Below, piece by piece: positions 19,435 through 30,031 of a stretch of DNA of 64,000 bases. The number at the start of each line of letters is the position of its first letter. Positions within the stretch are counted from its first letter, which is position 1. The notes under the pieces are model-generated. The model was given only the letters and a program-made list of their open reading frames with translations. It had not been told where the DNA came from and made no database searches. The stretch is from a virus: positions 1 to 64,000 of IMG/VR virus record IMGVR_UViG_3300022930_000001; one strand, given 5' to 3'. A program made the translations under genes and the position numbers.

Positions 19435-20270
19435 GGAATGTATGTCGAAGTAAAATTGGATAAATTGCTGGGATACCCATAGAGGGCAATCAGCAGCCAA
19501 GTATTAATCTAAATGGTTGATAAAGGTTCAGAGACTAGAGATTGAAACTAAATATAATAATTTAGATTATAAAATCTCCACGAAAATCCAAAATTTATTT
19601 GTAAGGAAGCAAATTTTAGCTTATATTTGTAGGAAACTTTAAAAAATGCAAATATTTCTAGAAGACAAAAAATGGTGTAATTCTTGTAAAGAATACAAAA
19701 ATTTTGATGAATTTTATAAATCTACTAAAAAAAGTGGAATTTCATCTAATTGTAAAATTTGTAGTAAAGCAAGTAAACAAACACAAGAATATAAAGATAA
19801 GGCAAATAAAAGAAGGAAAGAAAAGTATTGTAGTGATAATAAGTTTAGAGAAGAAATATTAAAATCTCGATCTTTATATAGAAAAACTAGAATACCAGAA
19901 ATAATGTTATCCCAAGCTAAAATTAGATCTAAACAAAGTGGTTTAGAATTTAACATAGCAGTTGATGATATCATTATTCCAGAATTTTGTCCTATTTTAA
20001 ATATAAAACTTAAACAGGGTAAAAGAGGTTTATTTACATCACCTTCCTTAGATAGAATTGATCCATCTAAAGGTTACATTAAAGGTAATGTTGCAGTCAT
20101 ATCTATACTAGCTAACATGATGAAAAACAAAGCCACCCCCGAACAAGTTTTATTATTTTGTGAAAATATGCCAAAATATATGCAACAAATAAATTATGAT
20201 ATAGTCCGAACTGCAAATATAACTGAAATTGCAGAATCTGAGGATAAAGAGCCTCAGAGTTAACAAAAAG
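19435..20270 (+). mobile_element. group I intron in polA, with HNH ORF
   Basis: P AAATTGCTGG, Q AATCAGCAG, R TTCAGAGACTAG, S GATATAGTCC; IGS GTCGAAGT pairs exon ATTTCGAU; terminal G; splicing restores ANFD|IQASGA. Confidence 0.9.
19646..20263 (+). CDS. intron-encoded HNH homing endonuclease
   Basis: N-terminal CxxC zinc ribbon; CPIL..SPSLDRID..KGYIKGNV..IS..AN.MK. Confidence 0.88.
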   Translation: MQIFLEDKKWCNSCKEYKNFDEFYKSTKKSGISSNCKICSKASKQTQEYKDKANKRRKEKYCSDNKFREEILKSRSLYRKTRIPEIMLSQAKIRSKQSGLEFNIAVDDIIIPEFCPILNIKLKQGKRGLFTSPSLDRIDPSKGYIKGNVAVISILANMMKNKATPEQVLLFCENMPKYMQQINYDIVRTANITEIAESEDKEPQS

Positions 20271-20543
20271 ATACAAGCAAGTGGTGCTATGGCTATTAAA
20301 ACAGCTCTCATAAATATTGATAAATGGCTTATTAAAACTTCTACTCAATTAAATATTCCTGAAGAACAACTAGGTTGGATTGCAATGTCAATATATGATC
20401 AAAATCTTATTTGTTTAAATGATGATTATTTATATTTAGCGGATGAAATTCAAAAAATAATGGCTAAATCTTTAACTGCATTTTTAAAAGGAAATCTTGA
20501 AGGTAATTCTGATCTTAATATAAGAAAAGAATGGGGCAAGTAA
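20271..20543 (+). CDS. polA: DNA polymerase family A, exon 2
   Basis: IQASGA..K and motif C-like IYDQ, in frame after splicing. Confidence 0.88.
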   Translation: MQASGAMAIKTALINIDKWLIKTSTQLNIPEEQLGWIAMSIYDQNLICLNDDYLYLADEIQKIMAKSLTAFLKGNLEGNSDLNIRKEWGK

Positions 20544-20559
20544 TAAATTAAAATTAATT

Positions 20560-21072
20560 ATGAAAAATAAATATAAAAATGTAAAGGCTTTTGAGCAAAA
20601 AGTATTAATGTTCGCCTATGGTTCTAACCTTTTAATTGAACGTTTAGAACATAGAGTAGGAAAAGTAATTAATCTTGGAGCATATGATCTTAAAGGATAT
20701 GAATTGATCTTTGATTGTTGTACGGCAACAGACACATATGCAAATCTTAAAGCCAAAGAAGATTCCTATGTAGAAGGTGTTATTTATGAATTAACTTATA
20801 GGCAATTAAAAATGCTTGATCAATACGAAGGACTATATGAAAGATATACTCGTATACTTGAAGAACCTATTGAACTTAAAGGTCGCAAATTACATTTTTA
20901 TATTTCTCCTTTTAGATCTAAAGAATTTTCAACACCAATAGATAAATTTTATTTTAATGCAATCTATGATGGAGCAAAAGCAAATAATCTTGAAAAAGTA
21001 ATACATCATATGGAAACACATGTTGCTCCAAATATTCGTAGAGGATTTTTTAATCTGTTATACAATTATTAA
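20560..21072 (+). CDS. gamma-glutamylcyclotransferase (AIG2-like)
   Basis: FAYGSNL, VEGVIY, LDQYEG. Confidence 0.88.
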   Translation: MKNKYKNVKAFEQKVLMFAYGSNLLIERLEHRVGKVINLGAYDLKGYELIFDCCTATDTYANLKAKEDSYVEGVIYELTYRQLKMLDQYEGLYERYTRILEEPIELKGRKLHFYISPFRSKEFSTPIDKFYFNAIYDGAKANNLEKVIHHMETHVAPNIRRGFFNLLYNY

Positions 21073-21074
21073 TT

Positions 21075-21305
21075 ATGAATCCATTACTAACCTTAATGCA
21101 TGATACTGCTCATTGTTTAGGTAGAATAACTACACAAGTAGTATTAATTAAAAAAAGATTAGAAAAATTAAATGTTAGTAAAGATGAAGAAATTGAGTAT
21201 AAACTTAAAATAATTTTAGAACAAAATCGAATTTTGATGAAACATTTAGATGATTATTATGTAAAAGCAAAAGAATATGAAAAAAATAGCAGTATTGACA
21301 AGTAA
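21075..21305 (+). CDS. hypothetical protein
   Basis: ORF in operon. Confidence 0.5.
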   Translation: MNPLLTLMHDTAHCLGRITTQVVLIKKRLEKLNVSKDEEIEYKLKIILEQNRILMKHLDDYYVKAKEYEKNSSIDK

Positions 21306-21441
21306 AAGTAATAATATTTTAGAATATTCTATTTGTAATTTAGAAACTTATATTAATATATATAAAGTTCTTAAATGGAAAATACCTTTTAACAATAATA
21401 AAGAACCAAGATTCTTTTATAAATCAAACTAATAATTATAG

Positions 21442-22125
21442 ATGAAAGAAAACCTAAAGATTGAACTTAATGCAAATATTATAAAACGCCTCAAAGCAGA
21501 AGATATTTATTCTGATCACATGATGAGTTGTGTTTTTATAATGTTTGCATTAAATGAGAAGAGAATAGACCTTTTAGATGAATTTGATGATAGTAATAAG
21601 AATAAGCGTGCAATTTTGCTTTATGCACAACTAGAATATAAAGGATTTCTAGAAAAAACAGATAAAGTAGTAAAGCATAATTATAAACTTACTTTGAAAG
21701 GCCAAAAGTTAGTAAATTATATTAGAGCAGAATATGCACAAGCAAGTGATAACGAACTTACATCAGAAATATTGGAAACTGCTGTTGTTCCAAAATCAAT
21801 ACCCAGAGATAGCGAATGGATTAGTCAATATATTGCTATGTTTCCCGAACATTTACAAGACCATGAAAATATAGTAAGACTTCGTATGCAAGAGTTTATG
21901 AAAACTTTTAGCTATGATATTGAAGCTATAATGCACGGTACAAAAATGTATATTAATGAATTAGCAGAATCTCAAACAGGATTTGAATACTGTCAAAGAT
22001 CAATGTATTTCATTATGAAAGGTAAAGGAGCTGATAAAACATGGAATCTTGCTACATGGTGTAAGAAATGGTTAGAAAAAGGAACAAAAAATGAAGTTGA
22101 TACTTCTTTTATGGATATGCTTTAA
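21442..22125 (+). CDS. hypothetical protein, possible replication-initiator-like wHTH
   Basis: KGFL..YKLT.KG wing; lies upstream of the helicase. Confidence 0.55.
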   Translation: MKENLKIELNANIIKRLKAEDIYSDHMMSCVFIMFALNEKRIDLLDEFDDSNKNKRAILLYAQLEYKGFLEKTDKVVKHNYKLTLKGQKLVNYIRAEYAQASDNELTSEILETAVVPKSIPRDSEWISQYIAMFPEHLQDHENIVRLRMQEFMKTFSYDIEAIMHGTKMYINELAESQTGFEYCQRSMYFIMKGKGADKTWNLATWCKKWLEKGTKNEVDTSFMDML

Positions 22126-22127
22126 TT

Positions 22128-22622
22128 ATGAATATAGATTTTAAAAATTGGAAAAATCCAATTAAAAATTGGAAAAGAAAATATGAAAAAATTAAAAAAG
22201 ATGAACAACCTAAGGTTGATCAATTTGATTTTTTCATGCTTAAGTATGGTTCTTATATAAGAATTGGTGAAAACAGAACATATATTAAATATTGTAAAGA
22301 TGGCTCTTTTAGATTTCTAGTATTATATGATCCTGAAATATGTTTATGTTTTCCGATTCTTATGTTAAAAGAAGGTTATATCACAGAAGAAAATGCGTTA
22401 AAACAAATTAATAGTATTGAATTTAGTGGAGAATTGATTATTTTACCCAAAGAAAAGATTAATGAATTTACTAATAGCTGTATTTATGCAATGGCAGGCC
22501 AATTTACTAATGATTATCATAAAAACACATTAAATGGAGAAGATCGGATTAAACAATATTATAATTTGATATATAAACCAAATAATGAAAATTTTCAATG
22601 TGATGCACTAACAATTAAATAA
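22128..22622 (+). CDS. hypothetical protein
   Basis: ORF in operon. Confidence 0.6.
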   Translation: MNIDFKNWKNPIKNWKRKYEKIKKDEQPKVDQFDFFMLKYGSYIRIGENRTYIKYCKDGSFRFLVLYDPEICLCFPILMLKEGYITEENALKQINSIEFSGELIILPKEKINEFTNSCIYAMAGQFTNDYHKNTLNGEDRIKQYYNLIYKPNNENFQCDALTIK

Positions 22623-22630
22623 ATAAAATT

Positions 22631-22816
22631 ATGGAAAATAGGTTAAATAATAATAATTATCATCATAATACTCATCCTAGAGATTGGGATGATGCAGAAT
22701 TAGTTAAATATATTATTGATAATAGAATTTTAACAGATTTGCATTTGCAAACTTTGAATCCAACAACAGAACAAATGGTAAACTTAGTAATTAAGCATGA
22801 AATAGATTCTGAATAA
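22631..22816 (+). CDS. hypothetical protein
   Basis: ORF in operon. Confidence 0.5.
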   Translation: MENRLNNNNYHHNTHPRDWDDAELVKYIIDNRILTDLHLQTLNPTTEQMVNLVIKHEIDSE

Positions 22817-22825
22817 ACTAAATAG

Positions 22826-23905
22826 ATGAGTTATTATAAGGACGTTATTCTTAAAGATATAAAAAATAAGAGAGATAGAAAAGAAAGAGGTTTATTCAAC
22901 GGTATAAAAATTCCTTTTAGAAGGTATGATGAATCATTTTCCTTTATTGAACCCGGCATGTATTATCAAGTGCTTGGTGAAACAGGAATTGGTAAATCTA
23001 CTTTTGTTCGTTCTACTTTTGTATATGAAGCTTTAAAATTTTCTTGGGCTAATAATTATCCTGTACGTATAATTTATTTTGCTTTAGAAGATGGAAAAAT
23101 GTTAGTATATAAAAAGTTTGTAAAACATTATTTGCATGAACGTTATGGTATAATTCTTCCTCAGAAATATATTGAAAGTAAGGATATGCCTTTAGCTCAG
23201 AAATATTTAGATATGCTTGAAGCAGATTGTGATTTTTATGAACAGTTTGAAAAATCTGTACATATTATTAACGATGCTACAAGTCCGAGTCATATTTATG
23301 CATATTGCTTAAAATTTCATGAAAAGTTTGGAGATTCTTGCCATTTAATTGCAATAATTGATAACTTTTCTAATATAACTAAGGATGAACATCATAAAAC
23401 AGAATGGGAAGCGGTTAGAGAACTAAGTAGGAATAAAATAAGGTTAGAACTTTGTAAAAACTATAATTTTACAGTCGTTGGTGTTCTACAACAAGATTTC
23501 GAGAGCGTAAAAAATGCTGCAAGAAATGTTGGTAAAGCAGGTATAGCTGCAATAGAACCAAATATGTCATCTATAGGTGATGCAAAGGTTGTTGCAAAGG
23601 ACGCATTTGTAATATTAGCAATATTTAATCCAAATAGATATGATATTAAAATGTATCCTTATGCAGAAGGTTATAATATTGATATACTAAGAGATAGATT
23701 TAGATCTGTGCTTATGCTTAAAAATAATTCTGAAAGTATGACTGCTCGATTGCCATTATATTTTGATGGCGCAACAGAAAATTTTACAGAACTACCTAAT
23801 TTAGAGGATAAAGAAGCACTTGAAAAAATCTATAATAAGGTAATTCAAGAGGAAAAAGATAAACGTGAGCGGTTCATGTTAGGTCAGAAAAAGCTCTGGT
23901 CATAG
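22826..23905 (+). CDS. DnaB-like (SF4) replicative helicase
   Basis: Walker A GETGIGKS, FALED, IIDN, LQQ, LKNN. Confidence 0.85.
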   Translation: MSYYKDVILKDIKNKRDRKERGLFNGIKIPFRRYDESFSFIEPGMYYQVLGETGIGKSTFVRSTFVYEALKFSWANNYPVRIIYFALEDGKMLVYKKFVKHYLHERYGIILPQKYIESKDMPLAQKYLDMLEADCDFYEQFEKSVHIINDATSPSHIYAYCLKFHEKFGDSCHLIAIIDNFSNITKDEHHKTEWEAVRELSRNKIRLELCKNYNFTVVGVLQQDFESVKNAARNVGKAGIAAIEPNMSSIGDAKVVAKDAFVILAIFNPNRYDIKMYPYAEGYNIDILRDRFRSVLMLKNNSESMTARLPLYFDGATENFTELPNLEDKEALEKIYNKVIQEEKDKRERFMLGQKKLWS

Positions 23906-23928
23906 TAAATTAAAATTAAAATTGAAAT

Positions 23929-24267
23929 ATGGTAAAATTAGATAAAATACAGATTTCTGCCCTAGCGGGGAAACTAACTCGTGAAATTAATGAAAAATTA
24001 AATAAAAAGAATATAATTATAAGTAAAGAAAAAGAAGATTTTATAAGTAAAAAGATAAAAAAATATCCAATCTTACAAAATTTAAAAACACCTAATTATG
24101 CACGTTCCATTATTGTAGATAAATTTAAAGAAGAACTTGCACAATTTGATATAATGAATAATCTTGTTTCACAAGAACAAATACGTGAAGAAATTATACT
24201 TTCTACAATAGATAATGATTCTTTGGATGAAATTATAAAGGCAATAACTGAAAAATATAGTGCTTAA
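23929..24267 (+). CDS. hypothetical protein
   Basis: ORF only. Confidence 0.6.
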   Translation: MVKLDKIQISALAGKLTREINEKLNKKNIIISKEKEDFISKKIKKYPILQNLKTPNYARSIIVDKFKEELAQFDIMNNLVSQEQIREEIILSTIDNDSLDEIIKAITEKYSA

Positions 24268-24438
24268 AATTAGGAATTTTGACGAATTTTTCATAAATTT
24301 GTAATAGTGAAAAATATAAAAATTAAAATTAAAATTACTAAAGATCACTGGTTTGCAAAGTTTTTAGAAGAAATACAAACTAGAAAAACAGAGATAAGAA
24401 AAAAGATTGAGAATAAACATAAAACAATAGAATAATAT

Positions 24439-25167
24439 ATGAATAAAAGTGTATGTGGTATGATTTTAGGTGAGGCGGGCGCAGGCAAGTCTACATCAAT
24501 GAGAAATCTAGATCCTAAGACTACTATAGTCTTTTCAAGTTTAGGAAAAGGATTACCTTTTAAGGGGTCTGGAAAAAATTACACAGTTTGGGATAAGAAT
24601 ACTAATCCTAATGGTAATTTAATTGTCACTAGTTCAGCAAAAGCAATAACTGCTTGGTTAAAACATATAAGTGAAAAGATGCCTCATATTGTAACAGTAG
24701 TTATAGATGATTCTACTTTTCTTAGTGCTAAGGAATTGGATCGTCGTAGAGATGAAAATGGATACCAGAAATTTAATGATATTGCTCATGATTTTCTACA
24801 GATAACAGAAGTAGCAAATACACTTAGAGGTGGTTTATTTGTATATTTTTTATATCATACTGTTACAACGGGTGACGATCTTCTTGAATCTAAATTCACA
24901 CGAGCACTTTCTCATGGTAAAATGGTTCAAGAAAAGCTTGCTAGTGTTGAAGCACAATTTGAATTAGTTCTTTTAGCAACTAAAACATTAGATAAAGAAA
25001 ACAATATTAGTTATAAATTCAAAACTCGTGATATTAGTAGTACTACTAAATCACCAATGGATATGTTTGCAGATGAATTTATAGATAACGATCTTGCGTT
25101 AGTAAATCGAGCAATTCAATGCTATTATGATGATGACTGTACTGAAGATCAAAAACCAGTAAAATAA
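24439..25167 (+). CDS. AAA_24/Sak4-like P-loop ATPase
   Basis: GEAGAGKSTS, VVIDD, KSPMDMF, IDNDL. Confidence 0.85.
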   Translation: MNKSVCGMILGEAGAGKSTSMRNLDPKTTIVFSSLGKGLPFKGSGKNYTVWDKNTNPNGNLIVTSSAKAITAWLKHISEKMPHIVTVVIDDSTFLSAKELDRRRDENGYQKFNDIAHDFLQITEVANTLRGGLFVYFLYHTVTTGDDLLESKFTRALSHGKMVQEKLASVEAQFELVLLATKTLDKENNISYKFKTRDISSTTKSPMDMFADEFIDNDLALVNRAIQCYYDDDCTEDQKPVK

Positions 25168-25227
25168 AATTTAAAATAAAAATAGTATTAATTATAAACA
25201 ATAAATAATAGATAAATAAAGATAGAT

Positions 25228-25839
25228 ATGAGCGAAGTAAAGAATGTACAGGAAGGATTTGATTTTAGTAATGTTGATATGCCTGCCAATAAGAGTTATT
25301 TGCAGCCGGGTTATTATACCCTTGGAATAACAGATGCAAAGTATGTAAAGCCTGATGGCACTAAACCAGATGGTAGTCCTAAGACACCTTATATTGAAGT
25401 AACCTTTTCAGGAGAAACAGGAGCGCTTAATGAAAAGTTCTTTGTAACTCCTAAAGCTTTGGATAGGCTTCAATATTTGCATATGGCATGGTTTGATAAA
25501 AAGCTAGAAAAGCCTTTTAAATCATCTGAAGAAGTAGGAATGTATTTTACAAAAGTATTGACAATGAAACCTATTAAGAAAGGAGTATGTGTCGGTGGTA
25601 AACAAGGAAATGACGGTAAGATTTATGCAAATCTCCCATATTCTAATTTTATTCTACCAGATAATATGAATTTTACAGAAGGTGCATTTGAAATAGGAGA
25701 TGCTAACTACAGACAGAATGTTAAAATGAATGTTAATCCTAGTACAAATACTAATGATGTAATGCTACCAAGTTCTTCTCCTAAGGGAAAACAAGATTTT
25801 CCACAAGTAGAAGATGCATTCTCGGATCTTCCCTTCTAA
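25228..25839 (+). CDS. single-stranded DNA-binding protein (putative)
   Basis: PGYY N-terminal OB-like motif, acidic DLPF C-terminus, follows the Sak4-like gene. Confidence 0.65.
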   Translation: MSEVKNVQEGFDFSNVDMPANKSYLQPGYYTLGITDAKYVKPDGTKPDGSPKTPYIEVTFSGETGALNEKFFVTPKALDRLQYLHMAWFDKKLEKPFKSSEEVGMYFTKVLTMKPIKKGVCVGGKQGNDGKIYANLPYSNFILPDNMNFTEGAFEIGDANYRQNVKMNVNPSTNTNDVMLPSSSPKGKQDFPQVEDAFSDLPF

Positions 25840-25850
25840 AATGGTAAAAT

Positions 25851-25900
25851 AAATTTGGTTCCTTTCTAGATATTTTGTATCTTTGTAAGGAACCAAATTT
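25851..25900 (+). promoter_or_regulatory. Bacteroidota promoter embedded in a 14-bp inverted repeat
   Basis: TTTG-N20-TATCTTTG within AAATTTGGTTCCTT/AAGGAACCAAATTT. Confidence 0.6.
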
Positions 25901-25906
25901 TTAATT

Positions 25907-26458
25907 ATGAAATATTGTATTATTTGTAAAGAAGAAAAAGAACTAGGAGAATTTTATAAACATCCTCAAACAATTGATGGACATCTCAATAAATGTAAAA
26001 CTTGTTGTAAGCGTCAAGCAGACGAACGTGAAAAGAAATTAAGAGAAAATCCTGATTGGGTTGAAGCTGAAAAAGCTAGAGCTAGAGAAAAATATTACAG
26101 ACTTTATAATGATGGAAGACATAAGAAAACATATGAAGAAAGAAAATTAAATGACGAAAAATATTATAAAAAATATCCTGAAAAAAGATTAGCAAATTTT
26201 GCTACATCGAAGTTAGAAAAAGAAAAAGGATTTCATTTGCATCATTGGTCATATAATGAACAATATTGGTTAGATACAATTAAAATTTCAGAAATAGAAC
26301 ATAATTTATTACATAGAAATATGATGTATGATCCAGAACAAATGATGTATCGTAATAGACAAGGACAGCTTTTAGATACAAAACAATCTCACATAGATCT
26401 TCTTGAAATTTTAAAAGCAACTGATAAAATTCATATTCCTAAAAAATTACAAAAATAA
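25907..26458 (+). CDS. HNH-like endonuclease
   Basis: C..C.EEK..EFY..CK.C; HLHHWSY...EH..LH. Confidence 0.8.
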   Translation: MKYCIICKEEKELGEFYKHPQTIDGHLNKCKTCCKRQADEREKKLRENPDWVEAEKARAREKYYRLYNDGRHKKTYEERKLNDEKYYKKYPEKRLANFATSKLEKEKGFHLHHWSYNEQYWLDTIKISEIEHNLLHRNMMYDPEQMMYRNRQGQLLDTKQSHIDLLEILKATDKIHIPKKLQK

Positions 26459-26479
26459 TAACAATAAATTTTAATCATT

Positions 26480-26512
26480 AAGGACTACTATTAATTTAGT
26501 AGTCCTTTTTTA
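26480..26512 (+). terminator. intrinsic terminator
   Basis: AAGGACTACTA-TTAATT-TAGTAGTCCTT plus T tract. Confidence 0.75.
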
Positions 26513-26522
26513 ATTTATATAA

Positions 26523-26915
26523 ATGCTTAAATATTCTAATAAAAAAGTAATCGAAGTTCAAGATTGGGATAAACTAGTTAAAAAAACATATAATAAACCT
26601 TATAGTTTTCAGCAACAAGATGGATGTCAAGCTAGAGGTGTTATAGGTATAGGAATTCCTTATGGAACATTAGATGAATTTGATTATCGAAATGATTCTA
26701 TTCCTGAAGAAATTAATGGTGAAGAAATGGGTGTTAGTTTTAAAGCTTGGCTGGAAAGAGATCCTAAAGAATGGAATGGAGATAAAGGTGATGAACGATT
26801 TGTAAATCTGTTTTGGGGGCGTAATTTTTATCCTAATTTACAAGTAATTGCAAACGATCTTCATTCTAAAGGATTAATAGAAGCAGGAGATTATTTAATA
26901 AATATTGATTGGTAA
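26523..26915 (+). CDS. hypothetical protein
   Basis: 130-aa ORF. Confidence 0.7.
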   Translation: MLKYSNKKVIEVQDWDKLVKKTYNKPYSFQQQDGCQARGVIGIGIPYGTLDEFDYRNDSIPEEINGEEMGVSFKAWLERDPKEWNGDKGDERFVNLFWGRNFYPNLQVIANDLHSKGLIEAGDYLINIDW

Positions 26916-26966
26916 AATATTAATTAACAACAATAGAGAGATAGCAAAATAAAAGCTATAATTATT

Positions 26967-27454
26967 ATAGGATGTCATCTTTGGGCACATTATAAATGTG
27001 AAGAACATTAGAAGAAGCAAGAAAAATATGGATTGCGGAACAAGAAACATGGATTATTAATTGGCAATATTACATTGATAATCCTTTTGCAGAACCATTT
27101 GAAGATGAATCTCTAGAATATAAACAATATCATCTTGATGTTTATAAACGACAATTGCAAATGGTTAAAAAAGGTCTTTGTAATGTTGCAGTAATGAATA
27201 AACAACCAGAACATTCTGAATATATACCGAATAAAGGATTTTATATTGTGTGTAATGATTTTCATGATATGTTTAGAGTTTATGATTATCCTTCAGATAG
27301 ACTATTTTCATATCAAGAATGTTTAGATTTTATCAAAAAATATGAAGAACGTGATAATATAAAAATAACTATTTGGAAACAAGAAGGTCATAAAAAAGAT
27401 TCATTGCAAGAATTTTGGGAAAAATATCCAGATGGAATGCTTAGATTTGGATAA
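26967..27454 (+). pseudogene. frameshifted hypothetical gene (or sequence error)
   Basis: ATA-GGA-TGT-CAT ((M)GCHLW) 5' part; a frameshift near 27001 joins the open frame RTLEEARKIW... that runs into ORF 27155. Confidence 0.45.
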
Positions 27455-27483
27455 ATTGATTATTAATTAAATTACTATAAAAT

Positions 27484-27939
27484 ATGAATAAAATACTAGT
27501 ACGTCAGAATTGCTTTGAGACAAATTCGAGTTCCTGTCATAGTCTTAGCATTTCAGATAATAAAAATGTATTATTGCAAACAATAATTCCTGATGAACAA
27601 GGTAATATTATATTAACAGGTGGTCAATGGGGATGGGAACAAGATTATTATAATAATGCTTTATCAAAAGCAAATTATTGCATGCAGGATATATTTGATT
27701 ATGCTTATGGTACTAAAGAAGACCGTACAGATCAATCTAAATGGCAAATGCTTCAGAAAGTCATTAAAGATCAAACAGGAGCAATAGAAGTATCTTATGA
27801 TTTTGATCAACTTTCGGATGGTTATATTGATCATCAATCTTCAGGTATAACTGAAGAAGCTTTTAAATCTGAAGAAGAATTAAAACAATTTATTTTTAAT
27901 CCACAATCTTATTTCGAGACAGATAATGATAATCACTAA
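27484..27939 (+). CDS. conserved phage protein (R..FETNSSS.HS / YIDHQS), partner of radical SAM gene
   Basis: Motifs and adjacency to the radical SAM gene. Confidence 0.75.
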   Translation: MNKILVRQNCFETNSSSCHSLSISDNKNVLLQTIIPDEQGNIILTGGQWGWEQDYYNNALSKANYCMQDIFDYAYGTKEDRTDQSKWQMLQKVIKDQTGAIEVSYDFDQLSDGYIDHQSSGITEEAFKSEEELKQFIFNPQSYFETDNDNH

Positions 27940-28813
27940 ATATACTAATGGTAATGCAAATATTACATTAGAAGATAGTGGAACTAGAACAATAGAATAT
28001 GAGGATAGTCTTAAATTAGACTATCCTCTTAATATTGATATTAGAGTTTCAACTAAATGTGCCTTTGGATATAATCCAAATACTAAAAAAGCATTTTGTA
28101 ATTTTTGCCATGAATCTGCAAGAACTGATGGTTTAGATTGTGATTATCCTAGTCTTGCAGAAAAATTAGAAGAATTACCGAAAGGCATTGAATTAGCAAT
28201 CGGTGCAAATGAATTAACTTTTAAATTATGGGAATTTTTAATTTGGTGCAAAGCTAAAAGATTTATTTGTAATTTAACTATAAATCAGGGACATATTGCT
28301 AGAGATTTACGACAAATAAAAAACGCAATAGATTTTAATTTAATTAAGGGTTTAGGTATTTCTTATCGTTCAGGTTTAAAATTTAATATTCCTGAACAAT
28401 TATTAGATTACCCAAATACTGTTTTTCATGTAATTTCTGGGATTGATACAATTCAGGAAATTTCAGATCTTGCAGAAAAAGGTGTAAAGAAAATATTAAT
28501 CCTTGGTGAAAAAGATTTTGGGTTTAATCAAGGTAATGTAGATTTAACAGCTCAAAAGCATAAAGAATGGTTTTGGAAAGTATCTACTCTTTTTGACAAA
28601 TTTAAAGTAGTTTCTTTTGATAATCTCGCTCTACAACAACTAAATATAAAAAGATTTTTTCAAAATGAAGATTGGAATACTTTTAATCAAGGAGAATATT
28701 CCTTTTATATTAATGCTGTAGAGCAATATTTTGCTCCATCAAGTAGAAGTGCAGATAGAACTGATTGGAATAATATTTCAATTAAAGATTATTTTAAACA
28801 AGTAATTAAATAA
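27926..28813 (+). CDS. radical SAM protein
   Basis: KC-(insert)-CNFCHE, IG.NE, VSFDNLA. Confidence 0.75.
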   Translation: MIITKYTNGNANITLEDSGTRTIEYEDSLKLDYPLNIDIRVSTKCAFGYNPNTKKAFCNFCHESARTDGLDCDYPSLAEKLEELPKGIELAIGANELTFKLWEFLIWCKAKRFICNLTINQGHIARDLRQIKNAIDFNLIKGLGISYRSGLKFNIPEQLLDYPNTVFHVISGIDTIQEISDLAEKGVKKILILGEKDFGFNQGNVDLTAQKHKEWFWKVSTLFDKFKVVSFDNLALQQLNIKRFFQNEDWNTFNQGEYSFYINAVEQYFAPSSRSADRTDWNNISIKDYFKQVIK

Positions 28814-28815
28814 CT

Positions 28816-29835
28816 ATGGAATTTGATTTTTCAAAAGTAAAAGTACCTATCATTATTACTAAGGATTTTATTTTGAAAAACTTAGATGATAGTTATATAT
28901 TTACTTATTATTTTGGTTCATTTAAATTAGGTAGGGCATATAATTCCTTTTTTGATAAAGGAGATCAAAAGCCTTCAACAATGTTTTATTTAGCATCTAA
29001 TGGACGTATAACTTATTTAGACTTTAGAACAGGAGAAAAGCTTGATTGTTTTTCTTTTGTTCAAAAACTATTTGGATATACGTTTAAAGAGGCTTTAGAG
29101 CGTATTGCAGCTGATTTTGGACTTATTGATAGTAATACTATTAAAGTATCAAAAAAAGTGCTAGAAGAGGCTTCTAAATTAGATAAAGAAGAAAAAGGTC
29201 AATGTCTTATTCAATTTGAACCTGATATATGGACAAGAGAAAATTTAAAGTTTTGGCGAAGAGGTGAAATAACGGAAGAAGAACTCGTAAAAGAAAGAGT
29301 CTATCCTATCAAAAAACTCTATTTAAATCATCAGGAAATATTTAATTCTTTAGGAATTGATAGATACGCATATCCTGAAGAATATGGAGACAAACAAATG
29401 GGAGTTAAAGTATATTCGCCTGAAGACAAACAAATGAAGTGGCTTTCAAGTTTACCTTTACAAATACCTTTTGGTTTAAATGATTTGCCTTATGCGGATA
29501 ATAAAATTATTATTCAAAAATCTAAAAAAGATAAATTAATAAGTCAAAAGTTTTTTACAGATGTAATTGCAACTCAAAATGAAAGTGAAGCTGCTTTATC
29601 TGATGAAGTACAAACAATGATTCATCGTAGATATAGTCACGCAATTATCATTTGGGATAATGATCCAACAGGTGTAGAAAATTGTACTAAATTTAATATT
29701 AAAGGTTTTGATTATTTTAATATTCCTAAGATAGAATATACAAAATATGGTATTAAAGATTGTTTTGATTATGTTTCGCATTATGGGTTAGAAGCCTTAG
29801 AAATATTATTTAGAGGAAAAGGATTAATAAATTAA
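28816..29835 (+). CDS. DNA primase (DnaG-like, TOPRIM)
   Basis: D.KPS..DF..G..DCF N-terminal domain; KS.KD; WDND.TG; KD..D. Confidence 0.85.
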   Translation: MEFDFSKVKVPIIITKDFILKNLDDSYIFTYYFGSFKLGRAYNSFFDKGDQKPSTMFYLASNGRITYLDFRTGEKLDCFSFVQKLFGYTFKEALERIAADFGLIDSNTIKVSKKVLEEASKLDKEEKGQCLIQFEPDIWTRENLKFWRRGEITEEELVKERVYPIKKLYLNHQEIFNSLGIDRYAYPEEYGDKQMGVKVYSPEDKQMKWLSSLPLQIPFGLNDLPYADNKIIIQKSKKDKLISQKFFTDVIATQNESEAALSDEVQTMIHRRYSHAIIIWDNDPTGVENCTKFNIKGFDYFNIPKIEYTKYGIKDCFDYVSHYGLEALEILFRGKGLIN

Positions 29836-29845
29836 ATACAATTCT

Positions 29846-30031
29846 ATGTCATATATTGTAAATAAAGCAATTAAATGTTACTTTGATGAATTACTGCAAA
29901 TAAATCTAATGGAAAGAGATGTTAAAAGCCTTACTAAAGATGGTAATATTTTAACAATAGAATCTGCATTAGATAATAAGTTATTTATAACCTCAATTAA
30001 AAAAGAAATTAATTATGCAAAGGAAATTTAA
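29846..30031 (+). CDS. hypothetical protein
   Basis: ORF in operon. Confidence 0.45.
   Translation: MSYIVNKAIKCYFDELLQINLMERDVKSLTKDGNILTIESALDNKLFITSIKKEINYAKEI

Noticed and set aside
19435-20543. PolA C-terminus GMYVEVKLDKLLGYP and a separate gene starting at 20229
   Set aside because: Both are intron read-through artefacts; the spliced frame restores the polymerase motifs.
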